From NCBI GenBank assembly GCA_007130695.1, contig SLRZ01000120.1, forward strand, positions 2,408 through 66,407: a stretch of 64,000 nucleotides of DNA. The letters run 5' to 3'. The DNA comes from Nitriliruptoraceae bacterium (GTDB lineage Bacteria > Actinomycetota > Nitriliruptoria > Nitriliruptorales > Nitriliruptoraceae). Every line of letters starts with the position of its first letter. The first letter of the stretch is position 1. Positions 27,564 to 35,973 of the stretch are shown here, in pieces. Below the pieces are notes generated by a model. That model searched no databases, was not told the DNA's origin, and saw nothing but the letters and a program-made list of their open reading frames with translations. The translations under genes and the position numbers were made by a program.

Positions 27564-28352
27564 ATGAGGGGCAGGACGAGTGCCGCGGTGCCCGGCCTGT
27601 TGATGGCCGCGCTCGTGGCCTGTAGCACCGGCGCTGCGGACGACGAGCCGGTCGCGTTCGACGTTGCTTCGGCCACGGAGTCGGAGCCCGTCGTTGAGGA
27701 GTGGGACGACTTCGACCGGTTGTACGCGAATGCGGTCGCCCCAGCGACGGTGGAAGACCAGCAGCTGATCGAAGTGGCCGCCGGTGCCGTGGCCAAGCTG
27801 CGATCCGAGCACGACTATGCCGCGCTGAGGTTGACCTTGAGAGCCGACGCGCCGGCGATGGAGCCAGGGCTACCGGTGGCCTACGTCGTCGACGCACCGG
27901 GGCCTGGGCTTCTGTCTGAGAATGTACGAGCGCGTCTGAAGGCCAGTTTCGCTTCGTTGGAAAGTGCCTACTTCCAGGGCGCCCTGGAAGTGGATCGTTC
28001 TCTGGGCGACTATCGGGACTTCAGGGTCTTCTTGACGCTCGAGCAGCCTGACTGGGAGCAGCAGCCACCCGACGATCAGTGGCAGCGCTACGAGGAGTTC
28101 GCTGAACGCTACGCGGCGCGTCACGAAGAGGCGTTTGTCGAGGGTGGGATCGTGTGGCGTGAGGCCGAGGTCGAGTTGGCTCGGGAGGTGGCCGCCGACT
28201 TCTCCGACGACGCCGGGATGGATGGCGACGCCCTTTGGATCGAGATCGAGCAGAGCCGCGACTGGTTCTTGGACCGGTCAACGACAAGCCTGGTGTGCTC
28301 CGCAGACAACGAGCAGGCGGATCCGAGCGCGTTCAGGTGCGAGCCTCAATAG
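27564..28352 (+). CDS. Putative lipoprotein, unknown function
   Basis: MRGRTSAAVPGLLMAALVAC-STG is a signal peptide with a lipobox (LVAC). Acidic mature domain with two C-terminal Cys. Confidence 0.65.
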   Translation: MRGRTSAAVPGLLMAALVACSTGAADDEPVAFDVASATESEPVVEEWDDFDRLYANAVAPATVEDQQLIEVAAGAVAKLRSEHDYAALRLTLRADAPAMEPGLPVAYVVDAPGPGLLSENVRARLKASFASLESAYFQGALEVDRSLGDYRDFRVFLTLEQPDWEQQPPDDQWQRYEEFAERYAARHEEAFVEGGIVWREAEVELAREVAADFSDDAGMDGDALWIEIEQSRDWFLDRSTTSLVCSADNEQADPSAFRCEPQ

Positions 28353-28448
28353 TGGCGCCGAAGCCCTTGCGCGCCCGCAACACCAAGAATGGGTTGCACC
28401 CCAGAGCTCGATCTACCGTGTTCAGGGCGCAACTCCGGGGAGGAGCCC

Positions 28449-28982
28449 ATGCAGGCACCGGCATGCATCGAAGGTGACCGGCTCGCGTTGCGACGGCCGG
28501 TCAACTCGGACGCCGAGCACCTGTTTCGTGAGTACGCATCCTCCCGCCAGGTCGTGCGCTACCTCACCTGGCGCGCCCATGCCGACGTCACCGAGACTCG
28601 CGCCTTCCTCGAAGGCGCTCACGATCGCTGGCGCAGTGGCGAGGAGTACATCTGGGTGATCCAACTCGACGGCGAACATGCGCCCTGCGGTGCCATCAGT
28701 GCAAGACCCGGCTTGCACGGGGTCGAACTCGGCTACGCACTCGGACCCCGAATCTGGGGACGGGGCCTGATGGTCGACGCCGTGACGTTGATCAGCGATC
28801 ACGCCCTGGCCGACCCCGTGAACTACCGGGTCTGGGCCTGCTGCGATGTAGACAACCGCCCTTCCATTCGCGTGCTCGAGAAGGCCGGCTTCGCCTGGGA
28901 AGGCACCCTGCGCCGATGGGCCCACCACCCCGACATCTCCTCAGAACCACGAGACGCCGAGGTCTACAGCCGTGTCCGATAA
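28449..28982 (+). CDS. GNAT family N-acetyltransferase (RimJ/RimL-like)
   Basis: ATG 28449 has GGAGGAG upstream. GYALGPRIWGRGLMVDAV...RVLEKAGFAWEGTLRRW is typical of the family. Confidence 0.85.
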   Translation: MQAPACIEGDRLALRRPVNSDAEHLFREYASSRQVVRYLTWRAHADVTETRAFLEGAHDRWRSGEEYIWVIQLDGEHAPCGAISARPGLHGVELGYALGPRIWGRGLMVDAVTLISDHALADPVNYRVWACCDVDNRPSIRVLEKAGFAWEGTLRRWAHHPDISSEPRDAEVYSRVR

Positions 28983-29027
28983 CCGGTGGAGTCGGACGCC
29001 TTCGCGACCGTGCGGGACCGCAGGCGT

Positions 29028-29762
29028 TCAGGCACCTTCGCCTGGTCGTTCACCGCTCGCGTTGGTGCGGACCTCGTGATCCGTGACGATTTCCTGGGCG
29101 AGGTCACGCAGCCTGCGGTTCTGGTCCTGTGAACGTCGGCGCAGCATCTCGAAGGCGGTGTCCGCGTTCACCTCCTCGCGGGCCATGAGCACGCCCTTTG
29201 CCTGCCCGATGAGGTCTCGGGATCCGATCGCCGCGTGCAGTTGCTCGCTGAGCGTGTGCTGGGCGCGCAGATGGTTCGCACTGAGGACGTAGCCGGCACC
29301 CATCGACGTGATGATCTCGGCGCCGTCGACATCCTCGCGCGACCAGCTGGAAGGGCCTTCCCGGTAGAAGTTGATCACCCCGATGGTTTGCCCGAAGGCG
29401 TTCATCGGCACACCCAGCACCGAACACAGCCCCAGCGAGGCCACCCGCTGGGCGTAGTCCGGCCAGCGTCGGTCGGTGCCGAGATCCTCGACCGTGACGA
29501 CCCGGTTGGTCGTGTACGCCTCGAAGCAGGCACCCGCCTTGAGGTCGGCCTGATGCTGCTCGGCTTCGATCACCCGTTGCTCTGAGGCGGCCACGAAGTC
29601 CAGGTCGCCTCGTTCGGTGGCAAGCATGACACCTGCACCAGCAGCGTCGACCACCTGGGTGGCATGGCCCATGAGCCGATGGAGCAGTTCATCCAGATCG
29701 AATGGGTTGACGATGCTGCTGGTGAACTCCCGGATCACCCCAACGAGATCACCCCGGGCCAT
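29028..29762 (-). CDS. GAF plus ANTAR domain RNA-binding antitermination regulator
   Basis: ATG 29762. GAF region (LHRLMGHATQVVDAAGAGVMLA...). ANTAR helix pattern IGQAKGVLMAREEVNADTAFEMLRRRSQDQNRRLRDLAQEIV. Confidence 0.85.
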   Translation of the reverse strand: MARGDLVGVIREFTSSIVNPFDLDELLHRLMGHATQVVDAAGAGVMLATERGDLDFVAASEQRVIEAEQHQADLKAGACFEAYTTNRVVTVEDLGTDRRWPDYAQRVASLGLCSVLGVPMNAFGQTIGVINFYREGPSSWSREDVDGAEIITSMGAGYVLSANHLRAQHTLSEQLHAAIGSRDLIGQAKGVLMAREEVNADTAFEMLRRRSQDQNRRLRDLAQEIVTDHEVRTNASGERPGEGA

Positions 29763-30103
29763 GACTGCTCCGATGCTGCGGTTTCGCCGCGTCGCAACGA
29801 ATCGGTCCGGCCCTGCGAGAAGTCGCCAGGCGATCCGAGGTTCCACGAGCCGCGCGACCTGCGGTGCCCATCGACCGTATGGCACCCCCGCTCGTGACGC
29901 GACCCCACCTCCCCGTCGGAATCCCCCCACGAACTGCCGACATGACTCGCACCATCCAGCCGTCACCGGGTCTCCGGATCGACGGCGGCACGACCGTGAC
30001 GGAATGCCAGTACGGAATCTGCGTGCGGACTCGCGCGGCTTCGTACGATGGATCCTGAAGCGCACTGAGGAGTCCGGCGTCACGGAGAGCAGCAGGTAGG
30101 CGA

Positions 30104-31501
30104 TTGTTTCAGCGGATGGGCGTGAAGCGTCACGAGAAGTCGACCACCGAGGTCGCGGACACATTCGAGCGCGCACGCGCTTCGCTCCAGACGCAGTTGA
30201 GCGGTTCGCCGGAGCCGGTACGGCTCGACAAGCGCACCTCCAATCTCTTCCGGCCTCGCGAGGAGGGCGGCCGCCGGCTAAACGTGGACGCTTTCAGCGG
30301 TGTCCTCGATGTGGATGCTGAGAGCGGCACGGCGGACGTGCTCGGCATGACCACCTACGAGCAGCTGGTGGGCACGACGCTGGAGCACGGGGTCATGCCA
30401 CTGGTCGTGCCGCAGCTGAAGACGATCACGATCGGTGGGGCGGTCGCGGGCCTCGGCATCGAGTCGACTGCGTTCCGTAACGGGTTGCCCCACGAGTCCG
30501 TGCTCGAGATGGAGATCCTCACCGGGGCTGGTGACGTCGTCGTCGCCCGGCCGGACAACGAGCATGCCGGGTTGTTCTGGGCCTTTCCGAACTCCTACGG
30601 GACGCTCGGATATGCGCTGCGGTTGCGCATCGAGGTCGAGCCGGTGGGCTCGTTCGTGGCGCTGCGCCACCTGGCCTACGGCTCGGCCGAGATGTGCATC
30701 GACGACCTCGAGCGGATCTGTGTCGAGCGTGAGGTCGACGGCGAGCGGATCGACTTCGTCGACGGGACCGCGTTCGCACCTGATGAGCTCTACCTGACAG
30801 TGGGCACGTTCACCGACACCGCGCCCTACTCGAGCGACTACACCGGAAGCGACATCTACTACCGCTCCATCCGTGAGCGGGAGCGGGACTACCTCAGGGT
30901 CGGCGACTACCTGTGGCGGTGGGACACCGACTGGTTCTGGTGCTCGCGTGCCTTCGGAGCCCAGAACCGCCTCCTCCGGTGGCTGTGGCCCAAGCGCTGG
31001 CTGCGCAGCGACGTCTACCACCGGCTCGTGGCCCTCGAGAACCGCTTCGGGCTCAAACGTCGGGTGGACCGGCTGCTGCACCGACCCACCGTGGAGATGA
31101 TCGTGCAGGACATCGAGGTGCCCGTCGACCGGGCCGCGGCCTTCCTCGACTACCTGGAGCGCGACGTCGGACTGTGGCCGGTGTGGCTGTGCCCGCTCCG
31201 GCAGCGCACCGAGGCGCCCTGGGATCTGTACCCGCTCGACCCGGATGCGCTGTACGTCAACTTCGGGTTCTGGGGTGGTGTCCCGGTCGCCCGCGGCGAA
31301 GTGGAGGGGGACCGTGACCGGCGGATCGAGCAGACCGTGGCCGCCCACGATGGGCGCAAGTCGCTGTACTCCACCGCCTACTACGGGCGGCAGGAGTTCT
31401 GGCAGTTGTACGGAGGGGAGCGCTACTGGGGGGTCAAGCGCCGCTACGACCCCGACGCACGCCTACGCGACCTCTACGAGAAGTGCGTGCAGCGACGGTG
31501 A
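30104..31501 (+). CDS. FAD-binding (FAD_binding_4 / PCMH-type) oxidoreductase, BfaA-like
   Basis: PLVVPQLKTITIGGAVAGLGIESTAFRNGLPHE FAD-binding block. Sits 13 nt upstream of a Cfa-family methyltransferase. Start uncertain (TTG 30104, ATG 30116 or GTG 30122). Confidence 0.85.
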   Translation: MFQRMGVKRHEKSTTEVADTFERARASLQTQLSGSPEPVRLDKRTSNLFRPREEGGRRLNVDAFSGVLDVDAESGTADVLGMTTYEQLVGTTLEHGVMPLVVPQLKTITIGGAVAGLGIESTAFRNGLPHESVLEMEILTGAGDVVVARPDNEHAGLFWAFPNSYGTLGYALRLRIEVEPVGSFVALRHLAYGSAEMCIDDLERICVEREVDGERIDFVDGTAFAPDELYLTVGTFTDTAPYSSDYTGSDIYYRSIRERERDYLRVGDYLWRWDTDWFWCSRAFGAQNRLLRWLWPKRWLRSDVYHRLVALENRFGLKRRVDRLLHRPTVEMIVQDIEVPVDRAAAFLDYLERDVGLWPVWLCPLRQRTEAPWDLYPLDPDALYVNFGFWGGVPVARGEVEGDRDRRIEQTVAAHDGRKSLYSTAYYGRQEFWQLYGGERYWGVKRRYDPDARLRDLYEKCVQRR

Positions 31502-31514
31502 GAGAGGTGGGAAC

Positions 31515-32801
31515 ATGAAGCTTGCAGAGGTTTTCCACGACCTGTTCGCGGGCAACGGGGAGATTCGCTTCAGCGCCTATGACGGCAGCAGTGCCGGGCC
31601 ACCGGACGCGCCCGCGCACCTGACGGTGGTCTCTCCCCGGGCGTGGGCGCACGTCGTACGTGCCCCCGGCCAGCTCGGTTTCGCACGCGCCTACGTCGAC
31701 GGCGAGATCGACGTCGACGGCGACGTCTACTCCGCCCTGCGCGCCCTCTGGGAACCGCGGGTGAAGAACCTCTTTGCGGGGCAGCTGGCTCGGCTGACGT
31801 CGGAGATGACCCGCAACGCCACCCAGCGGGTGCGCCGGCCACCGGAGGAGACCCGGTTGCGGGGATGGCGGCACTCCAAGCAACGCGACAAGGACGCGAT
31901 CGCGCACCACTACGACGTGTCCAACCGCTTCTACCGGCTGGTGCTCGGCCCGTCGATGACCTATACGTGCGCCGCATACCCGAGCGAGGACTCGACCCTC
32001 GAGCAGGCACAGTGCTTCAAGCACGACCTCGTGGCACGCAAGCTCGACCTGCAACCCGGCATGCGGCTGCTCGATGTCGGCTGCGGCTGGGGCGGGATGG
32101 TCATCCACGCCGCGCAGCACTACGGGGTCCGGGCGCTCGGCGTGACGCTGTCGCGGGCCCAGGCGAACTGGGCGCAGGAGCAGATCGCGCAAAGCGGGCT
32201 GTCGGAGCTCGCCGAGGTACGGCACCTCGACTACCGCGACGTGCCCGAGTCGCACTTCGACGCGATCAGCTCGATCGGGCTCACCGAGCACATCGGCAAG
32301 GCGAACCTGCCCGATTACGCGTCCTTCCTCTACGGCAAGCTGCGACCCGGCGGGCGCCTCCTGAACCACTCCATCATGTGGCCGGGCAACACCGAGCCGA
32401 CGCTCAAGAAGCGCGGATTCATCAACCGCTACGTATTTCCCGACGGTGAACTCGAGGGACTGGGCCACATCATCAGCGTGCTGCAGGACCGTGGCGGCTT
32501 CGAGGTACGCCACGAGGAGAACCTGCGCGAGCACTATGCGAAGACGCTGGCCGACTGGAGCGCCAACCTGGAGCAGAACTGGGGCGAGTGCGTCACCGAG
32601 GCCGGCGAGCGTCGAGCCCGCGTGTGGCGGCTGTACATGCCGGGCTCACGGCTCGCGTTCGAGCGCAACGAGCTCCAGCTCCACCAAGTGCTCGCCGTGC
32701 GAACCGACGCTGCGGGTTTGTCCGGCATGCCACTGCGGCCCACCTGGGAGCAGACGGCAACGGCAGAGCCGCCCGGCAAGGTGGAACAGGCCGCCAGCTG
32801 A
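31515..32801 (+). CDS. Cyclopropane-fatty-acyl-phospholipid synthase family SAM-dependent methyltransferase, BfaB/Cfa-like
   Basis: ATG 31515 has GAGAGGTGGGA upstream. HYDVSNRFYRLVLGPSMTYTCAYP, SAM motif LLDVGCGWGG, IGLTEHIG. Confidence 0.9.
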   Translation: MKLAEVFHDLFAGNGEIRFSAYDGSSAGPPDAPAHLTVVSPRAWAHVVRAPGQLGFARAYVDGEIDVDGDVYSALRALWEPRVKNLFAGQLARLTSEMTRNATQRVRRPPEETRLRGWRHSKQRDKDAIAHHYDVSNRFYRLVLGPSMTYTCAAYPSEDSTLEQAQCFKHDLVARKLDLQPGMRLLDVGCGWGGMVIHAAQHYGVRALGVTLSRAQANWAQEQIAQSGLSELAEVRHLDYRDVPESHFDAISSIGLTEHIGKANLPDYASFLYGKLRPGGRLLNHSIMWPGNTEPTLKKRGFINRYVFPDGELEGLGHIISVLQDRGGFEVRHEENLREHYAKTLADWSANLEQNWGECVTEAGERRARVWRLYMPGSRLAFERNELQLHQVLAVRTDAAGLSGMPLRPTWEQTATAEPPGKVEQAAS

Positions 32802-32821
32802 GCATCCTCGCGCCGTCCTGC

Positions 32822-33502
32822 TCACGCCGCGCCGGTCTCGATGGGGCCGCCGCGCTGCCGCCACTCGGGGATGCCGTCGCGGAGTCGGCGAGCCTGTCGG
32901 CCGTGGGCGGTGAGCTTGCGGATGGCGTCGTCGGCGTAGACGCAGTAGGGGCCGCGGCAGTAGGCGATGATCTCGCGGTCTTCGGGGAGCTCCTCGAGCA
33001 TCCGGTCGACGTCGTCGGGTGGGACGGAGATCGCGCCGGGTAGGTGGCCGGCGGCGTATTCACCGGCGGGGCGGACGTCGATGAGGACGAGGTCGCCTCT
33101 TTGGAGGCGTACGAGGAGTTCGTCGCGGTCGATGTCGTCGATGTGGGTGCGGTCGCCGAGGTAGGCGTCGGCCAGTGCGTCGAGGTCGTCGAGTTGCTCG
33201 TCGGCGAGCTCGCGAATGGCCAGCCAGACTTCGAGCACCTTGTCGGAGGCGAGCCGGTAGTGGACGTGGGTGCCCTGTCGGCGGGAGGCCACGAGCCCGG
33301 CACGGGCCAGGGTGCGCAGGTGGTGGGAGGTGTTGGCCACCGACTGCTCTATCTGGTCGGCGATCTGTTCCACGCTGCGTTCGCCCTGGGCGAGCAGTTC
33401 GACGATCTCGGCGCGGCGTCCGGATCCCAGGGCGGCGGCGATGCGGCCGAAACCATCGAACAGGGCGTTCTTGGCGGCTCGGCGGGTCGTGGTGGCCGGC
33501 AT
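32822..33502 (-). CDS. ArsR/SmtB-family HTH regulator fused to a rhodanese domain
   Basis: N-terminal wHTH (ELLAQGERSVEQIADQIEQSVANTSHHLRTLARAGLV). C-terminal rhodanese with active-site loop AYCRGPYCVYA. Confidence 0.85.
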   Translation of the reverse strand: MPATTTRRAAKNALFDGFGRIAAALGSGRRAEIVELLAQGERSVEQIADQIEQSVANTSHHLRTLARAGLVASRRQGTHVHYRLASDKVLEVWLAIRELADEQLDDLDALADAYLGDRTHIDDIDRDELLVRLQRGDLVLIDVRPAGEYAAGHLPGAISVPPDDVDRMLEELPEDREIIAYCRGPYCVYADDAIRKLTAHGRQARRLRDGIPEWRQRGGPIETGAA

Positions 33503-33539
33503 GCCTGCTCCTGCGGTCGTGGCCGCATCCTATCGTCAT

Positions 33540-33555
33540 TCAAATAGATATTTGA
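33540..33555. promoter_or_regulatory. 7-2-7 inverted repeat TCAAATA-GA-TATTTGA, candidate ArsR-type operator overlapping a TTGACA -35 box
   Basis: Lies in the AT-richest patch of the window, 38 nt upstream of the ArsR ATG. TTGACA at 33552-33557 faces the MFS gene. Confidence 0.45.
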
Positions 33556-33584
33556 CATCACCTCAGCTGGTCGGCATCCTTTTG

Positions 33585-33600
33585 TCAAGTGATCGTTTGA
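33585..33600. promoter_or_regulatory. Second, imperfect palindrome TCAAGTGATCGTTTGA
   Basis: Outer TCAA/TTGA arms and central GATC are symmetric, with 4 mismatched positions. Lies 45 nt from the first site. Confidence 0.25.
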
Positions 33601-33750
33601 ATGGAGTTTCCGTGTGGCTGTGACGCCGCTGGTCGACGAGGGTCTGGGTCTGGTGGTGCGGTGGGTGGTCGAGGCCCAGCTGGACGCCGACGTCGAAGGT
33701 TCGGCCCACGACGAGCTCGCCGAGGCCGGCCACCTGTTGGAGACCGGGTC

Positions 33751-35025
33751 GTGAGCCGCGCCGTCGCCCCCATCCGTCTGGGGCTGCGGGAAAACCTGCC
33801 GCAGTTCGCGCTGCTGGTCGGCGTCAACGCCCTGGTGGGCGGCATGATCGGCCAGGAACGCACCGTGCTGCCGCTGCTGGCCCAGCAGGAGTTCGGCCTC
33901 GCCGCCTACACCGCGATGCTCACGTTCATCTTCGCCTTCGGGCTCACCAAGGCGATCGTGAACTTCTTCGCCGGCACGCTGGCCGACCGATTCGGGCGCA
34001 AGCCCGTGCTGCTGGTCGGCTGGCTGTTCGCCCTGCCGGTGCCGCTGATGCTGATCTGGGCCCCGTCCTGGTCGTGGGTGATCGCCGCCAACGTGCTGCT
34101 GGGCATCAACCAGGGACTGGCCTGGTCGGTCACCGTGCTGATGAAGATCGACCTCGTCGGCCCCCACCGTCGTGGGATGGCGATGGGGTTCAACGAGGCC
34201 GCGGGCTACGGCGCGGTCGCCGCGGCCGCGTGGGCCACCGGCTACATCGCCGAGGTCGCCGGCCTGCGACCCGCACCGTTCTTCCTCGGCCTGGCCTTCG
34301 CCGGCCTGGGCCTGGGACTCTCGGCGCTGTTCGTCCGTGAAACGAGAGACCACGTCGCCGAGGAGAGCAAGCATCACGACGGGGGGACGAACGGGCACGG
34401 TGCGTCGTTCACCCCACGCGAGGTACTCGCCCTGTCGACCTGGCGCGACCGGTCGCTGTCGGCCACCAGCCAGGCCGGACTGGTCAACAACCTCAACGAA
34501 GGCATGGCCTGGGGGCTGTTCCCCATCTTCTTCACCATCACCGGTGACCTCACGGTCGGCACGGTCGGGCTGCTGATCGCCATCGCCCCCGCCGTGTGGG
34601 GAGGCGGGCAGCTGTTCACCGGCGCCCTGTCCGACCGGATCGGCCGCAAGGGACTGATCGTGGCTGGGCAGCTGACCGAGGCCGCCGGCCTGTTGATCAT
34701 CGCCTTCGGTGACACCTTCGCCGTGTGGGCGACCGGCAGCGTGCTGTTCGGTGCCGGGACGGCGATGGCCTACCCGACCCTGATCGCCGCGGTGGGTGAC
34801 ATCGCCCACCCGGCCTGGCGCGGCGCGGCCGTCGGGGTCTACCGCTGGTGGCGTGACTTCGGCTTCGCCGTCGGAGCGGTCCTCGCCGGGGTGCTGGCCG
34901 ACGTCTACTCGATCACCACCGCCATCGTCGTCATCGCCGCCATCACCGCCGCCTCCGGCATCGACGTGGCCGTGCGCATGACCGAGACCCACCGCCCGGT
35001 GGGCAGCAGGCAGACGAGGTGGTGA
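33751..35025 (+). CDS. MFS transporter
   Basis: About 12 hydrophobic segments. MFS loop motif GTLADRFGRKPV and a second-half GALSDRIGRKG. Start set at GTG 33751. Confidence 0.85.
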   Translation: MSRAVAPIRLGLRENLPQFALLVGVNALVGGMIGQERTVLPLLAQQEFGLAAYTAMLTFIFAFGLTKAIVNFFAGTLADRFGRKPVLLVGWLFALPVPLMLIWAPSWSWVIAANVLLGINQGLAWSVTVLMKIDLVGPHRRGMAMGFNEAAGYGAVAAAAWATGYIAEVAGLRPAPFFLGLAFAGLGLGLSALFVRETRDHVAEESKHHDGGTNGHGASFTPREVLALSTWRDRSLSATSQAGLVNNLNEGMAWGLFPIFFTITGDLTVGTVGLLIAIAPAVWGGGQLFTGALSDRIGRKGLIVAGQLTEAAGLLIIAFGDTFAVWATGSVLFGAGTAMAYPTLIAAVGDIAHPAWRGAAVGVYRWWRDFGFAVGAVLAGVLADVYSITTAIVVIAAITAASGIDVAVRMTETHRPVGSRQTRW

Positions 35026-35031
35026 CGCCTC

Positions 35032-35973
35032 CTATAGCCAGCCGCTCCGGCGGAACAGCCCGTAGAACGTGGCGCACACGCCGAGCATGACCAGCAGCAC
35101 CGCCGGGTAGCCCAGCGGCGAGCTGAGCCCGGGCATGTGCCGGAAGTTCATGCCGTACACGCTGGCGATCGCGGTGGGTGCGGCGACGATGGCCACCCAC
35201 GCGGAGATCCGTCGCATGTCGTCGTTCTGCTGGATCGTGACCCGGGTGTGGTGGGCGGCGAGCACGCTGTCGAGCAGATCGTCGGCGTGGGTCACCTGCT
35301 CGACCACCCGTCGTGCCCGTGCGTGCAGCACTGGAGAGCCCACGTCGGTGCCTGCGTCCGCGCCGAGGTTCGTCGCCGCCGCTGCGGAGGTGCTGACCAG
35401 GTCCGGGAGGGGTCCCACACAGCGTCGCACCGTCTGTACTTCGCGCTTGAGCCGGTAGATCCGCTCGGCGTGGCTGCCCCGCTGCGGTGCGAACACCACC
35501 TCCTCGATGTCCTCCACGGCATCGTCCAGCTCACTCACGGATTCGGCGGCCGCGTCGAGCACCGCGCCGAAGATGCAGCGGACCACCGCCTCCGCATCGT
35601 CGGGCTGGTCACGCCGATCGCTCACGCGCGCCACGAACTCCTCGACGGTGAGGTCCGGGATCCCTCCGAGGGTGAGTACGACCGCTCCGTCGGTCGCCAC
35701 GACGAGGTGGCCGACCACGCTCTGCGCGGTCGCTGGCCGGAAGGTGGCCGGAGTCAGCGCCCAGATCCGCCACCCCTCGCACTGCGTGAGGTGGGGTCGT
35801 GCCGGTGTGGCACGCATCGCCTCGAGCACGGCCGACGGCAGGTCGACCTGACGGCCGAGCGCGGCAAGAGTGTCCGCGGAGGGATCAGGACCGTGCCACC
35901 ACCGGCACCCACCGGGGTCGTGCCGCTCCAGCGCCTCCCGACTGGCGCCGTCCGGGCCGTGCGCCGAGCTCAT
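35032..35973 (-). CDS. corA: CorA-family divalent cation (Mg2+/Co2+) channel
   Basis: YGMNF (GMN motif) followed by two C-terminal TM helices. ATG 35973 overlaps the upstream ATPase stop (ATGA). Confidence 0.85.
   Translation of the reverse strand: MSSAHGPDGASREALERHDPGGCRWWHGPDPSADTLAALGRQVDLPSAVLEAMRATPARPHLTQCEGWRIWALTPATFRPATAQSVVGHLVVATDGAVVLTLGGIPDLTVEEFVARVSDRRDQPDDAEAVVRCIFGAVLDAAAESVSELDDAVEDIEEVVFAPQRGSHAERIYRLKREVQTVRRCVGPLPDLVSTSAAAATNLGADAGTDVGSPVLHARARRVVEQVTHADDLLDSVLAAHHTRVTIQQNDDMRRISAWVAIVAAPTAIASVYGMNFRHMPGLSSPLGYPAVLLVMLGVCATFYGLFRRSGWL

Noticed and set aside
28449-28982. GNAT as a TacT/AtaT-type toxin of a toxin-antitoxin pair
   Set aside because: No small RHH/DUF1778-type antitoxin gene is adjacent. 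The sequence looks like a RimJ/RimL-type acetyltransferase.
29886-29893. CCCCCGCT as an att-like duplicate of the tRNA-fMet 3' end, bounding an island at 26.75-29.9 kb
   Set aside because: An 8-nt GC-rich match is expected by chance in this genome, and no integrase or longer repeat supports it.
29763-30103. A canonical ANTAR target (two tandem hairpins with A..G hexaloops) in the bfaA-like leader
   Set aside because: Stems are present, but none gave a clean pair of 5-7 bp hairpins with hexaloops at the expected spacing. The one hexaloop hairpin (TCCG-gcgtca-CGGA, about 30071-30084) has the wrong loop consensus. It is left as a hypothesis only.
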